NCBI GenBank assembly: GCA_030141605.1
Contig: JAQGDQ010000285.1
Span: forward strand, 62,001-126,000
DNA from: Tubiluchus corallicola
Lineage: Eukaryota; Animalia; Priapulida
Length of the DNA stretch: 64,000 bases
Direction of reading: 5' to 3'
Shown here: positions 38,901 through 51,200 of the stretch, piece by piece
How positions within the stretch are numbered: the first letter of the stretch is position 1
Layout: each line of letters starts with the position of its first letter
Made by a program: the position numbers and the translations under genes
Notes under the pieces: generated by a model
The model's database searches: none
What the model was told of the DNA's origin: nothing
Seen by the model: the letters and a program-made list of their open reading frames with translations, nothing else

Positions 38901-41900
38901 ATATTGGCAGGAATGTTTCAAATGAGATTCTCATTTCTGAAAAAATACAAATACAGAATCATCATACCAGAAATGCAGTAGCTTGTCGGAAAAGGTGATC
39001 AAACTCGTCATTTCAATATGCATCATTAGTACAAATTTGCACTGACAGTTGCACGGGCATGAAAAATCAGATTCGCGTACCCCTTTTACTATTACCTGTA
39101 ACCTATTGCATGTCTGGGCACTAGACTGTCAAGATTCAATAGTATCCTCACTATGATATAAGCTTTTACAACATAAAATCCTGCTCTCATTATGAATATT
39201 CAATTTACTTTATTATAAACTTAATGTAAAACTTGTTTCTTTTGCTTTTTATCTGTACATGGTTAGCGGTATTAAATTTGAATAACTGCCATTTTTTCGT
39301 TGCGTGAGACGCATGACGTAACAACTGCAGTAAAGAAGTCACCTTTCTGATACGATAAACAAACATAGGTAACCAAAGATACTTTCTGCACTCTTTACGT
39401 TATTCTCGCTTACTTGCACCAAAGACACGAAACATGGCGATCTTCACGGCAATGTGCACGTTCGAAACTCGCCTCAAAAAAGTGAGTTATTTAATTTATT
39501 AGTCACTTTTATCAAAAGTAACTATAAATTCTTTGTGTAACCATAATAATGCGTAAAAACCTTAATGTTTGTTGCGATTATAAAGGCCTTTAAATTTGTA
39601 ATTCCAAACAAAAACAAGCAGGGATACTTTCTACAAGTTATCTTTGTGAATAATTAAAGTTTGTTTTTTTGCACAGCTACTCATTTTAGCAAAAGTAGTT
39701 TGAGCTGCTATCTGCTTGCAACTGATTAAACACATTTAAGCGTAGTACAAAGGCAAAAATCTTTGCAAATATTTAATTTTTGCCGATGCTGTGCTGAGTT
39801 GCCATAGCTGTACAGCTGAAATACAGCAGCTTAAATAATAATGTGTAATAATTAACTACTTACTAGGACTAGGTAGAATTATCAGGCTTGAGTAACAAAC
39901 AGTTTGGAGTAATTACTTGCAAGGTACACATTAGTTTGCATCCTACCTGGCTTGTCATGGTAACCGCATCGTCGCACCTCAGCCTCCGTTGGATTCTGGC
40001 CCATGGCTCGCAAACATTCTCCTATTTGCGATGCGGCTATTTTTCCGTCACCTTTGTTGTCAAAGATTTGAAAAATTTCCTGGTAATCTGAAATAAAAAG
40101 GCTGTGCGAGAATTGCAGCAAAGGAGAACATTATATGAATGTATGCCTGTAACAAGCACAAACATAACAAGAAACAACACAGCAACAGCAGAATTCAATT
40201 TACAGCCTACAGATCATTAGCCAAGTCAGAATATACAATAAATTGTTAAAATCAATGGCTTCACCTAAGCGTGGTTCACAATAGATATAGTTTATTTTTA
40301 AGGACATTGTCCACAAGCAAATACAAAATAGACACTCCTACAACATAAAAATTACGATAAAAATATACAGAATTTTATGACATTTTTTAAAAAGCTACTG
40401 CCACATAAGGCATAATAACACAAGATAAAGTAAGAGAGAATGTTAAAATTTCAAGCTGTTGCAGTATCAGATGTTGATATAATACAGTATTCCGACTTGT
40501 GGCCATTCACTTAAAAATTCTTTTAAGAGATTATTATTAAAATATCAATCACTGAAATAGTTTTGTTTTGAGAGTGTACATTTCACTGATATTTAAAAAT
40601 TTTATTCGATCTGGCCGACTCTATTAGTTAAATGCAAGCTGCCGGCATAAACGTTTTCCTGTAATGTTCAGTATGCATTTTTGGATGAAATTGCATTTCT
40701 CTTCTGCTAGTAGTTTTCGTGGGTGGTAATAGAGGACATTTGCTTTTTATCACTTTGTTGAGATATTTTAAGCATCAGCGTTCTCTGCGGTTGGCAACAG
40801 ATATGAGGTCTGTTCCAACTGTTTTGCTTGCTCGTTTCCAGATTTTTTTCTGTACCTTTCTTTTTTGTGACAACAGTGATTATTGATATTATCTGTGACA
40901 CCAGAAGCTTTATAAGTCGTTTAGCTTCTGATGTCACAGATAATATCAATAATCACTGATGTGGTAAAAACCAAAGTAAAAGTGCAAAACTCAACCTCTG
41001 TACTTAAGTGACATTTTATAGACAGTAAAATGGAGTTCATTAATAAATATATATCTTGTAGATTTCATTCACTTATCAGTTATCACTTTGTAAATACAGG
41101 ATGTACATGTATTATTTTTCTGCACATTCTACTGAACCTGAGTCATCGTGCATGATAGCCGAATTACCATTTACAAATCGTGTAATGCTATACAGTTAGT
41201 AATGTTTATATTAAAATTTCAATGCCAGGGAAGAATTTCTTCTTTGAAATATTTTGTGAGAAAGGATTAGACTCATACGTAGTTTTACGCTTATAAATGT
41301 CTACAGTGCTTCTTCACAGTAGATAATTGCCATATAAAGTTTTTTCTGTTCAAATGGATATGTCATTTTTGGAATGTCATTCATTGTTGTCATGAATCCG
41401 TTTTTTTCGTGGAGACGTCATTTAGAATGGAAATTGCCATTGCTATGAAATCCATTTGAAACGTAAAAATTTAGAAAACGGAATAACTTTGTTGTGACGA
41501 CTCAATATAAACACTGGCTAAAAGTTTATTAAATGAACAGTAACAAGAATGAGACACCCACATCATAGCGAAATAGACTGCTTCTTTAAGCCAACCCACA
41601 ACAGGGGTTGCTTCACAAGAAAGTAACCCAAAAATAAGGAGCAAAATTCATCACAGACTACTCAATAGTTGGACAATTTCAAGGGGAATTTTGGCCAAGA
41701 TGAAAAAAATCACATAATTGCCCGTAAGAGTTTACATACCAATAATTTGATCTTCTGTAAGAGTCGACTGAAATAGAAACAAGAAAACATTAATTACTAC
41801 TTATTAACAATCAATTTTTTAATTTTTAATTAAAAATTGTCATTTTTTTAAAAAGTAATTGATAATACTGGTAATAAAACACACAAAAATGCAAATTAAA

Positions 41901-43743
41901 ATAATCATATTATCACTAGCCGCAAAATATTTTATAGATAATTAATATAGTTGTGCAGTCAATATCAGCACGTTCATACACCAAGCTTGAATTTTGTTTT
42001 TATTTAAATAACGAAATAGAGAATTTTCAGTCTCAGTATTACTACAATTCGAGTACATAAGTTCAGTTTCTTCTAAAAAGTGACTTACGTGATTTTTTTT
42101 GTTACTAAAAATATATTTAAAGAAATAGTGTTGAGCATGAATGTCAAGTATCTTGTATTGCAAAAATATAAAAAAGCATAATTAAAAAACAAGTTATTTA
42201 GTATCATCTCCAGTAGCCTTTTCAGAATACATAGTTTTCCTATCTACATAAAGTATTGCAGCTTTAAATTTCACGTAAATTGGTCATAAGTATTAGTAAA
42301 ATCTGCTAGACTTTCAGCTAATGTTTTGCTACATCTTGTCAATATTCTGGAACGTGCTATAACGTGGTACTTGTCGCAATACAATTGATGAAGCAGGGTA
42401 ATGTGAAAAATAGCTTCTACGTGAATACATAATTAGTTGTTTTCACATACTGCAGACTTTGCCCGTAATAAAAGTAGTTACTGTTTATACAATCTGTAAC
42501 AGTGAAAATGATTTCGAGGCTGTGCAGATGAAACCTTTGCTTCGATTCTTAATGAAAGTTGTTTCTTTCTCAATACTGCAGAGTAGCTGTATAAATGGGC
42601 TTTAATATTATAATAAGTTCTGATTCACAATTGCAAATCCTATTTGAACATTTTTGGCAATTTATAACCTTTATAAAGTTTTTGTTTCGGTACTTTGGAA
42701 AATAATTTATTTGCCTTTTCCTCTCGTTCAATGCTAATAATGCCATCTTCAAATAAATCGCTATTACTATCACTTTTAAACTACCTTGTAACATAAATTA
42801 CATAATTATACAACCTTTTAATTGGTCTCGAATCTTTCAATTAAGTTTTAATCTGCCTTAATAATATTTCTTGATTCAATATCTCTCCATAATTGTCAAC
42901 TGTGGCTAGATGACTTTTACAGGTGTCATGGTTAACATCTTGCCATGTGTTGCCCGTCTTCCGTAGCCATCTTAGTATAATAATTTTCTCAGCATTTTTC
43001 ACACACAGCAGAGATGTGATTTATACGTTTTCACACTGAAATCCATTAAATTCTTCACTTCAAATGTATATTTAGAAAATAAATTCTTTTCACAGATAAC
43101 AACACCTCTAAACACCTGTTTTTTTCCTCGTGCACATACCCAGTTTCTTTAAGTTAGTTTCGTGGTTAATTGTAAGTGTATTTCTGTTAGTAACACTGTT
43201 GCTTCATTTTGCCCACCATAAACGTCAAAATATCCGTAAAATGATTATTTCTCATTTGCACAATTTTAGTTATTGTCTCGTCAAACAATATTAAATCCAC
43301 AGCACATAGTAGCACAACTAACTGACATAACATATGCATATATTACATTAAAAAAGCTGTGGTTCTAAAAACCAGTTATTTATATAGGGGTGGCTGCTCG
43401 AAGATATCTGATATTTCGCTACCCCAACTATAAGTAGATACCCTAGTTGTAACCTTAGAGATAAATAAAAATTCTGAATTTGAATAGCCCTCTTAATAAT
43501 AATTAACTGGACAACCTGCGAAATGGGCACTTATATACTTTCATCGCATGTTATCGGTTACAGATCGACTAGGTTATAAGCCCAAAGGAAATAATAAAGA
43601 GCAATCACAAACACACAAGAACCTCAATGGTCCTCATACGTCAACTAATCCAAATTTTTCGTTTCACTTAATAACATCATATGAAAGATGTTTATCAAAC
43701 TTTTCATTTCAATTAATAACAATTAATCAAAGAAATTTACCAT
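35923..43743 (-). CDS. Mlc-c: Non-muscle essential (alkali) myosin light chain, Mlc-c/MYL6-like; complement join 43741..43743, 41740..41767, 39947..40087, 38772..38936, 36298..36375, 35923..35951 (147 aa)
   Basis: Spliced product [149 protein letters not shown]-hand motifs and GQNPTEAEV present; all introns GT-AG; 444 nt. The ATG-only first exon is the least certain. Confidence 0.93.
37095..38100. mobile_element. Non-autonomous hAT (Charlie-like) DNA transposon, 1006 bp, with a perfect 8-bp TSD
   Basis: TIRs cagtggtgtgcaaact / agtttgcatacccctg; subterminal gcggcc repeats; TSD atctaact at 37087-37094 and 38101-38108. Lies in myosin light chain intron 4. Confidence 0.9.
39330..39590. repeat. 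Dispersed repeat; second copy in the opposite orientation at ~52680-52920
   Basis: aaacataggtaaccaaagatactttctg...aaagacacgaaacatggcgatctt is the reverse complement of aagatcgccatgtttcgagtcttt...cagaaagcgtctttggttactgatgttt. Confidence 0.7.
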
Positions 43744-44740
43744 GATGATTCAATTCCCTAAAATCGAGTTAAATCATTCAACAACTTCCCAAATAAGTTC
43801 CTAACGAAATCCGCCTTTTCCTTCGAGTTCGACGTCCGGTTTTTGGCTCGAGTCAAAGCCAATCTAACCGATAAATTTTTGTCACGATTTTTCCAGGCAA
43901 CTGCACTGCATAAACTGTTATCGAGTTTGATTTAAAAGACGATTATAAGTATCAATAAACTTGTTTAGTCTACACTAAATTCAAGTCTAATGCAAAAAAT
44001 AATAAGAAAGTGTAACAACTTATTCAAGAACGCTAGGTTTATGCCTGATTTCACTTTTAAGAATCTGGGGGGGACTCAAAATTAATTTGAGTGTAGTTGA
44101 TTCAAAATTAAAATTTAACGAGTACTATAATAATTATTATTGATTTTTTAGTTAATATGGATAATTGGTTATTTTTGATGAATCCAACAGGCTAACATGA
44201 TCAATGTGCTAATAATCATAATAATTGTCTCATGTTTAACAAAATTTATTAAGTGTGATAGTGTATTTTGTGCCTGGAACTATAGAACTATATTAGTAAA
44301 AAGAGACTACAAATTGTGCATAATTAGATTTATTATCCACATGTTACAGGGAATATTTTAAATTTAAAAATTGTGTAAAATTCCTAAGCAATTAACACTT
44401 CGTATATATAGCTCCTATAGATTTCCTTCTTGTACATGTTATAATGATTGATTTTCTGTTGTAACAATCGTAACACCATGCACCATAGGCGTAAGGAGGC
44501 TGCCTTATCGCACTGACGTTAAAGTCATTTACATGATGAATTACCTAGTATTTTTCGTCATTGTTCATTGCTTTATTTGCGTGCCCTTTTTAATTCAGTA
44601 TAAAATCGGTCTTTCATTTTAAGCACGGAGTAGTTAGGTGTTTCTGTATATATCCTGTCTGAAACACAAGTAGAATGGAAGTGCCAATGTCCTTAGATTT
44701 GGCACATCTTTTTTTCTCATTTAGTAGTTTCCGCACATGC

Positions 44741-45408
44741 ACTAATGTATAAGGCAGAGCCATTTAATGGGTATGATCCATTTAGTGGGCATGCAAAATT
44801 TCGGTTTCCTACAATGGAAGCTGTGCCATGGTATGGCTTTCAATGATAAATGTGACAATACAACACCAACAACATGACCAAGCAGGATCTCGCACTTAAT
44901 TTTTTTTTGTACCGGATCTAAAAACACAACACTTCTACAAAAGGCAGCAGCTGTAAACGATATAATCACGCATCGTGAATGTTTGCTTGAAATGCTTCTC
45001 ACCGTTTTTAACATAAAAATTTCCTAGTACACACAAACTAGGCTTATTTTACACATTCTCTAGAGCAAAACTGGTATTAAATAAAATGCGTAGGAAAATT
45101 TCATCCAAAAAATTTCGTGATATTAAATATTTACTATATATATAAAACAACTTTTGTATTAAAATCGGTAGCAAGCATTTCAAGCAAACATTCATGATGC
45201 GTGATTGTATTGTTCACAGCTGCTGCCTTTTGTAGAAGTGTTGTGTTTTTAGATCTGGTACAAATTAAGTGCGAGATCCTGCTTGGTCATGTTATTGGTG
45301 TTGCGTTGTCACATTTATCGTTGAAAGCCATCCCACAGCACAGTTTTCATTGTTGGAAACTGAAATTTTGCATGTCCATTAAAATAATATAACGCCTTAT
45401 ACATTAGT
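44741..45408. mobile_element. Foldback/MITE-like inverted repeat with ~250-270-bp arms and a ~140-bp AT-rich spacer
   Basis: Ends actaatgtataaggc / gccttatacattagt. The ORF track shows near-identical translations on opposite strands (44742-45014 - and 45201-45392 +). Confidence 0.85.
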
Positions 45409-48264
45409 CGGCCAATATGGCCACCTTGTCGGCTATCTTGAATGCTGTGGCCATATAAGATAATTTTTGATTGGCTCCTTATCCAAAATTAATCATCTTA
45501 ATGGATTCTAACACTGTGCTTTGAATCAAAATGAGCATTTTTCACAATTCTGGTAGACTAAAGACCCATTCATTTTGGTCAAATGGTGACTATCTTTTTT
45601 GACGTTCATAATCAGACCCTTCTGGTGCTCAAATTTTGGCGTATTCTAGGTATGTTATTCTCTGGACCAAAATATTCAGCAAATTGACTCTACTGGTAAC
45701 AGTATGGGTAAATTTGACCATTGACTGTAAATGCATCGACATTATCCAAATTTGCAGTCATAGTAATCTAACGAAAGGTAAAATATGGGTCAGACTGTAT
45801 AATTTTTATTCACTGTGACAAAACGAGTAATTTGATGTGCATTTCACTAGGATTTGTGAATTTTTGAAATTCAGCCCCCATACAAAAATTGTTTGAAGAG
45901 GGTAGCCCAAGCTAGAAACTTTTAGTACCCCTCAAGCAATCTAAAACAGATTTCAAATCTTTGGTCCAGTGAAAGTGTTACGGAACATTAAAATTCTTCC
46001 TCTACTAATTGTTAACACAGATAACGAATAATAATAACTCTTCCATCTGCCAGCAGAAATACGTAACTCCACAACTGCCATTAGTGTATGAAATTACTCT
46101 GTTAGAACATAAGCCAGCGTTCAACATCATGTAATAGATGTAACATAGCAATATTTTTAACAAATTTTATTTTCTTGTTACAGTACGTGTTACTAAAGGA
46201 TTTACACTTTATATTTTTGTACTGCTTATAACTGCACAATATTAATTTAAATGTATATAATACACACTCAAGTCTAAACATTAATTTCTTAACAATAATA
46301 AGCAACTGTAAACTTTTTCAGATAAGAAACTCAAGAAGTATGTATTAACACAAATTATGCAGAAGAGAAAAATTAAAAAGTGACGATACTATATGTACAT
46401 AAAAATGTTAAGTATATAAATTAACTGTAAAAGTAAACAAACTAAACAAAAACACCGGAAACAGTGAGACTGACATACATTCACATTACGCAATCAAAAT
46501 GTCTTGTTCATGGTCCAGTAATCAGCACTTTTGAGAAGTATATGTAAACAGTATAGCTTCTTGAAGATCAATACAACAATGAGCATCATAGCAATAATAG
46601 TGACAGCAATAGATGTAAACAAATCATAATTAAACACCTGAAATAATTTAACAGAAAATTATCTTGAGCGGGCATAGAACTCATTTGCAAAAAATAAGGT
46701 TCATTGACAGAAAAAACCCTTTGGCTTGCCCTAGTTATTTTTACCTATAATCAGGTACCTCACATCATCTATAGTCAGGTACACATTACATTACATTACC
46801 AAAAGAAGTAACTGTCAAAACATTTGAATGTCACAAGAACTATATTTATAAATGAATCATCACATCAATGTTAGTTATACAATTACTTCTCAAATGATAT
46901 ATATTGAATGAATGCCTGCCATAGTGTCTACATAGTGCTAACTAATGCACAATAGCAAAACATATCTAAAATGAACAAAAGGCATAATTTCAATGCATTT
47001 ATACAAAAAATGTAATTTCACACCAGAAAAATTTAGAAATATCACAAAACATTTATTGCATCTTAGTTTATATTTTTATACTTGCACGGATCACTGAAAA
47101 GAGAAAAATAATCAGTAAAGCTGTATATTATTCTGAATTACCAAGGCATTTCATTTTAGTCTTTCCTGCAAGCATTCATTAGTAAGAATTACTAACAATA
47201 ATTATTTACAACTAATTAAGCAAGAAAGCACCTTTAGAATGTCCAATAATATTTTAAAAAAAATTATGTATTGAAGGTATAGGCCTACACCAGCCATTTT
47301 TTTGCCTAAATACAAGATAACATAAGCTATGTAACACTTACTTAAGCACATAACAAGAATTAAAGAATATATAATTTAATAAATAAATAACAATTGTTGA
47401 AGTAACACAGTTTACTAGTCTTCAGTTCTCTCTACGCAAGAGGCCATCAAGCCAACTCACCTACTGCTGAACTGATTTTCCATTAATCAGAATACAGATA
47501 TAGGCTTATAATCAACATAACCGGAAAAAATATAGGATAGTACGACAACTTGCATAACATAAGCATAGAATATTTCTATTCTGACAGGAAAAACCCTTGT
47601 ACTGATAAGATGACTAAAATAATTCCAAATTGTCTGACATTAGCGGCTGACACTTTCGGCACTTTTGTTAGCAGAATTTAATTTTTTTTGCTTTTTGCTA
47701 AGCATATATTGAAATTTCAATGCATTCAGTTTTTTTCTATAGTTTGGCTCTTACTGTTTTGCAAACAGAAATAACACAAAAGTGAAATTAATCAAAGTGA
47801 AAAGACAATCTGAACATTTGACAAAAGGATAAAACACAAAGGTTTGCATAAGCACTTTAAAATAAACTCTAAATTTAAAAAAACAGGAGGGTATATCAGC
47901 TAAATCACATACAGTGTTTAAGTGAATTTTTTGCATGAGTTTTTGAGTCCAATTAAGGGGCATCGTTTTTTCACTATTATCATATATTCCAGCTACAGTC
48001 AGGATAGCACTATTGCTGTTACCTGCAGCATTTGATAAACATAAGCAGTAATGCGAGCAATCTATTTTAGTCTTCGCAATGCATACATAAATAACACAAT
48101 AAGATTTATTAACACTACTATATAATAATTTAACAACTGACAATGCATTGGAAATGTAATGCCTATACACAAAGGAAAGTGATCTACACAGACTACGGAA
48201 CAAATGCTATTTCATTACCAACTAGCACAAAACACTCTGAGCTAGGCATATTTGGAGTCTTCTT

Positions 48265-51200
48265 CTAAATAGAGTCTGGAATGTGGTACTGAGAAAACAC
48301 AGAAACCTGGAAAAAATACAGATACATATTGTGAAGCAGTTACGGTAGACCTAATTAAATTTAATGATATAAATGTGCAGAAGTATTGCATACGCTTATT
48401 TGTTAACAAATTAAACAAAGAGGCAGCCTGCATCACATAAAATAAAAAAAGTTTCACCAGTTTCACAATAAACATCAAAATCTTTTAATGAAAGAAAAAT
48501 TAGAACAAGATAAAAAAATAAGCATCATTTTTTATTCATTAGTAGAGGAGCTGCCTGTTAAAAATCACATCCCTGCTGAAGTGAGGTAGAATAAACCACA
48601 ATGCTGACTTTTTGTCTGAAGTTTTTCATCATGTTTAACAACTAATTAAAATTTTTTAGTACTTCATTCTTTTTCAGTTTGGAATACCACCACTAATACA
48701 TTGGACAACATTTTGTATGATAATAATTTTACTGTGGGATTTTTGTTCGACATAATTATGTTTTCTTTACAAGGACGAATCCTGGTATTATGATTTTCAA
48801 GGGACAGAAATATTTTTCGTATCCAGTGTGGTGATTCATACTGTTCATTACGAGCAGGTCATACTTGACAATGCAAATGTATTTGAGTGATTGTGTTTAT
48901 ATTATCATGTGGCCTTGAGCTACACACCACACTGTAAGCTTGAAAACCAATCACTGCGTCTAGCCCACTAGTCATCAATCACTACCTTTTCAGTCTGCAC
49001 AGGCTACTGTGAATCCTGGTGCATGATAGATTATGTTAACATGGTGGTGTAACTCAATGGTAGCATACTCGTTTCCCACCTGGAAAGTTGTGGGTTCAAC
49101 TCCCAGCTGAGTCATACAAAAACTTCAAAAAATCGCTTCACTGGTTGTTCGACCAAATGCGCAGGTTTATCGAAGTAGCATGTAATAATAATCAAAACGA
49201 CCTTGGAAGTAAATATTGAGTTAAGGTGTTATTCTTGGACTATGTCCTAAACGAAATTATTACCATTATTATTACGACAGTTGTGCAGTTTCTGTTCGTT
49301 AACAACCAAGCTCATTTATTTCTTGAAAACAGTAATTCTTTGCTACTGATTTTTATGTAAGACAAAAAAACATTTAGCTATAGATAAATATGCAACAAAA
49401 TATATAACTAAATATAAATGTTACTTATGCAGAGGAGTAAATGAGCAAATGTTCTGTGAAAAAGCTTGTAAGCATGTAAATATGTTCATATATTTGCCTG
49501 AGGATGGCTGATTTTATTACCATGCCAAGTTCTAACCCGTAATTATTATTTTAGTACCTGTACACTTATTATTATAGTTATCTGTATTTCTGAGTTTCAT
49601 AATACTCATATAGCAGGAAGTTTAGTCAAAAGCCGAATTATATTATCAAGATGAGACTGGATTCGACACAACTAAACTAAAGGCATCTTATTAAGCTTCA
49701 CCTGAAACACAATGCAGTTCAATCTTAATAAAATGTCTGTCAAATGGCAAGACTACACAATACTAACTTCGTGTTGTCATTTAACAAAACCTGTCAAAAG
49801 TTATATTTAATGTAAGGTTTTACAGGAAATTGTTAACTTTCAATAGTACATCTGAAAGAGTAATACATTGCATCAACTGGTAAAATCAGATAAAAAACTT
49901 CTATACTTGCCTTATCCTTCAACTGTTGGCATAATTGAAGACCAACCGTGAACAGCATAAGACTCTCGTTCAGCCACGGCACGGAACATTCTCCTTGGTA
50001 GACGTCAAATTTTGGAGGTCCGTGTTGACTGTGGAGGTGGTAAACGGCAAACACCAGTTTATGTGACTGAATGTAAAAGCTGATGGCTGTATCATTGGGG
50101 ACAGGCGGCTGCACTACTGACTGAAAGAAAATTAAAAAATGCAAACTGCAAATGTAATTTTATTAAAACCACGTTAACGTTGCACTGTAGGTAAAATTTT
50201 GGTCAGATTAAGAACTGGTAGATCGTAGAAGTACCTTAAAGAAGTCGGTAAGACCACATTGATAAAAGTAGAATGCCTGAACTATGCTCAAAAATATCTA
50301 GCTCCTCTTGTACACCAATTGACTAGGCCTATCTAACCAGTCAGGGAGTACAGTCACATCAGGGCTGATGCTTCACAGTTTGTTACCTAACCCACATGAG
50401 AGATTGCAAAATCACATTGTCATTCTGGTGGTTCGCGTTGATCGTGTAGAGCGTTTATCACTCATCAAGCATTACATTAAACCTCTTTTATTGCTACTTT
50501 AATGGAGGATGCTCTCAAGATCTTTTACCACAGGTTGCTGAGTACCAACAGTTTGCTTGAAGCATTCGTTTTACCTGGAGTACGGCAAACTATATCACAA
50601 ATGCCATCAATAAAAGTTTTTGACAATTTTTAACAAAATGTTATCTTTCAGAAATAAGTGTCAAGTTGTGGTTTTCAGTAGTTAATAAATATTTTTAGAC
50701 TTTTTTGTGAATTACACTAATACACAAACAGCACTTTACTTATGTAAATGCACTTCCACTACAGCCTTCTAAGCAATTACCATGTTTGGACTGTTCATCA
50801 ATTCATCAATGGTTTTCTTCTTCGGCATTACAAGAGCACACCTCCCTCGTACGAGGCAGTCTGATATTTCTGACAACAGCTGTAACGACACATGTTCACA
50901 CAAAATTGTAATTGTATGTTCAGCATAACTAAATCAAGTTACTTTGACCCGTATGGTATAATAGTTTGCAAGTGCAGCAGGCCACATCCATCTAAGGCCT
51001 GTTTTGACTACTACTTTTCTAGCCACGATTATCACCGCAATTTTAAAGCTCAGTGAAAATTAGTGTTATTCACTAAATCGTTCGTGTTTTTCAATAGCTT
51101 GTTTCTCTCAGTGACAAAAAAGCTCTAGTGTTCAGAAATGCTTTCTTGCTGTAGCAAGTTAAATCGCTGGTGATGTTTGCTCATTTTCACAGACGATATG

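Noticed and set aside
44742-45392. Pair of similar ORFs on opposite strands suggesting duplicated genes
   Set aside because: They are the two arms of an inverted repeat, with no recognisable domain or splice structure.
46487-46637. Alternative Rogdi terminal exon with a hydrophobic stretch (VFNYDLFTSIAVTIIAMMLIVVLIF...)
   Set aside because: The acceptor is plausible, but there is no similarity to the Rogdi C-terminus and AT-rich DNA often yields such hydrophobic frames.
47751-48203. 150-aa ORF on the minus strand
   Set aside because: It starts at TTG just after the Rogdi stop, in the probable 3'UTR, and has AT-biased composition with no motif.
49043-49115. tRNA gene
   Set aside because: A and B boxes are present but the acceptor stem does not close, and a SINE-like body follows.
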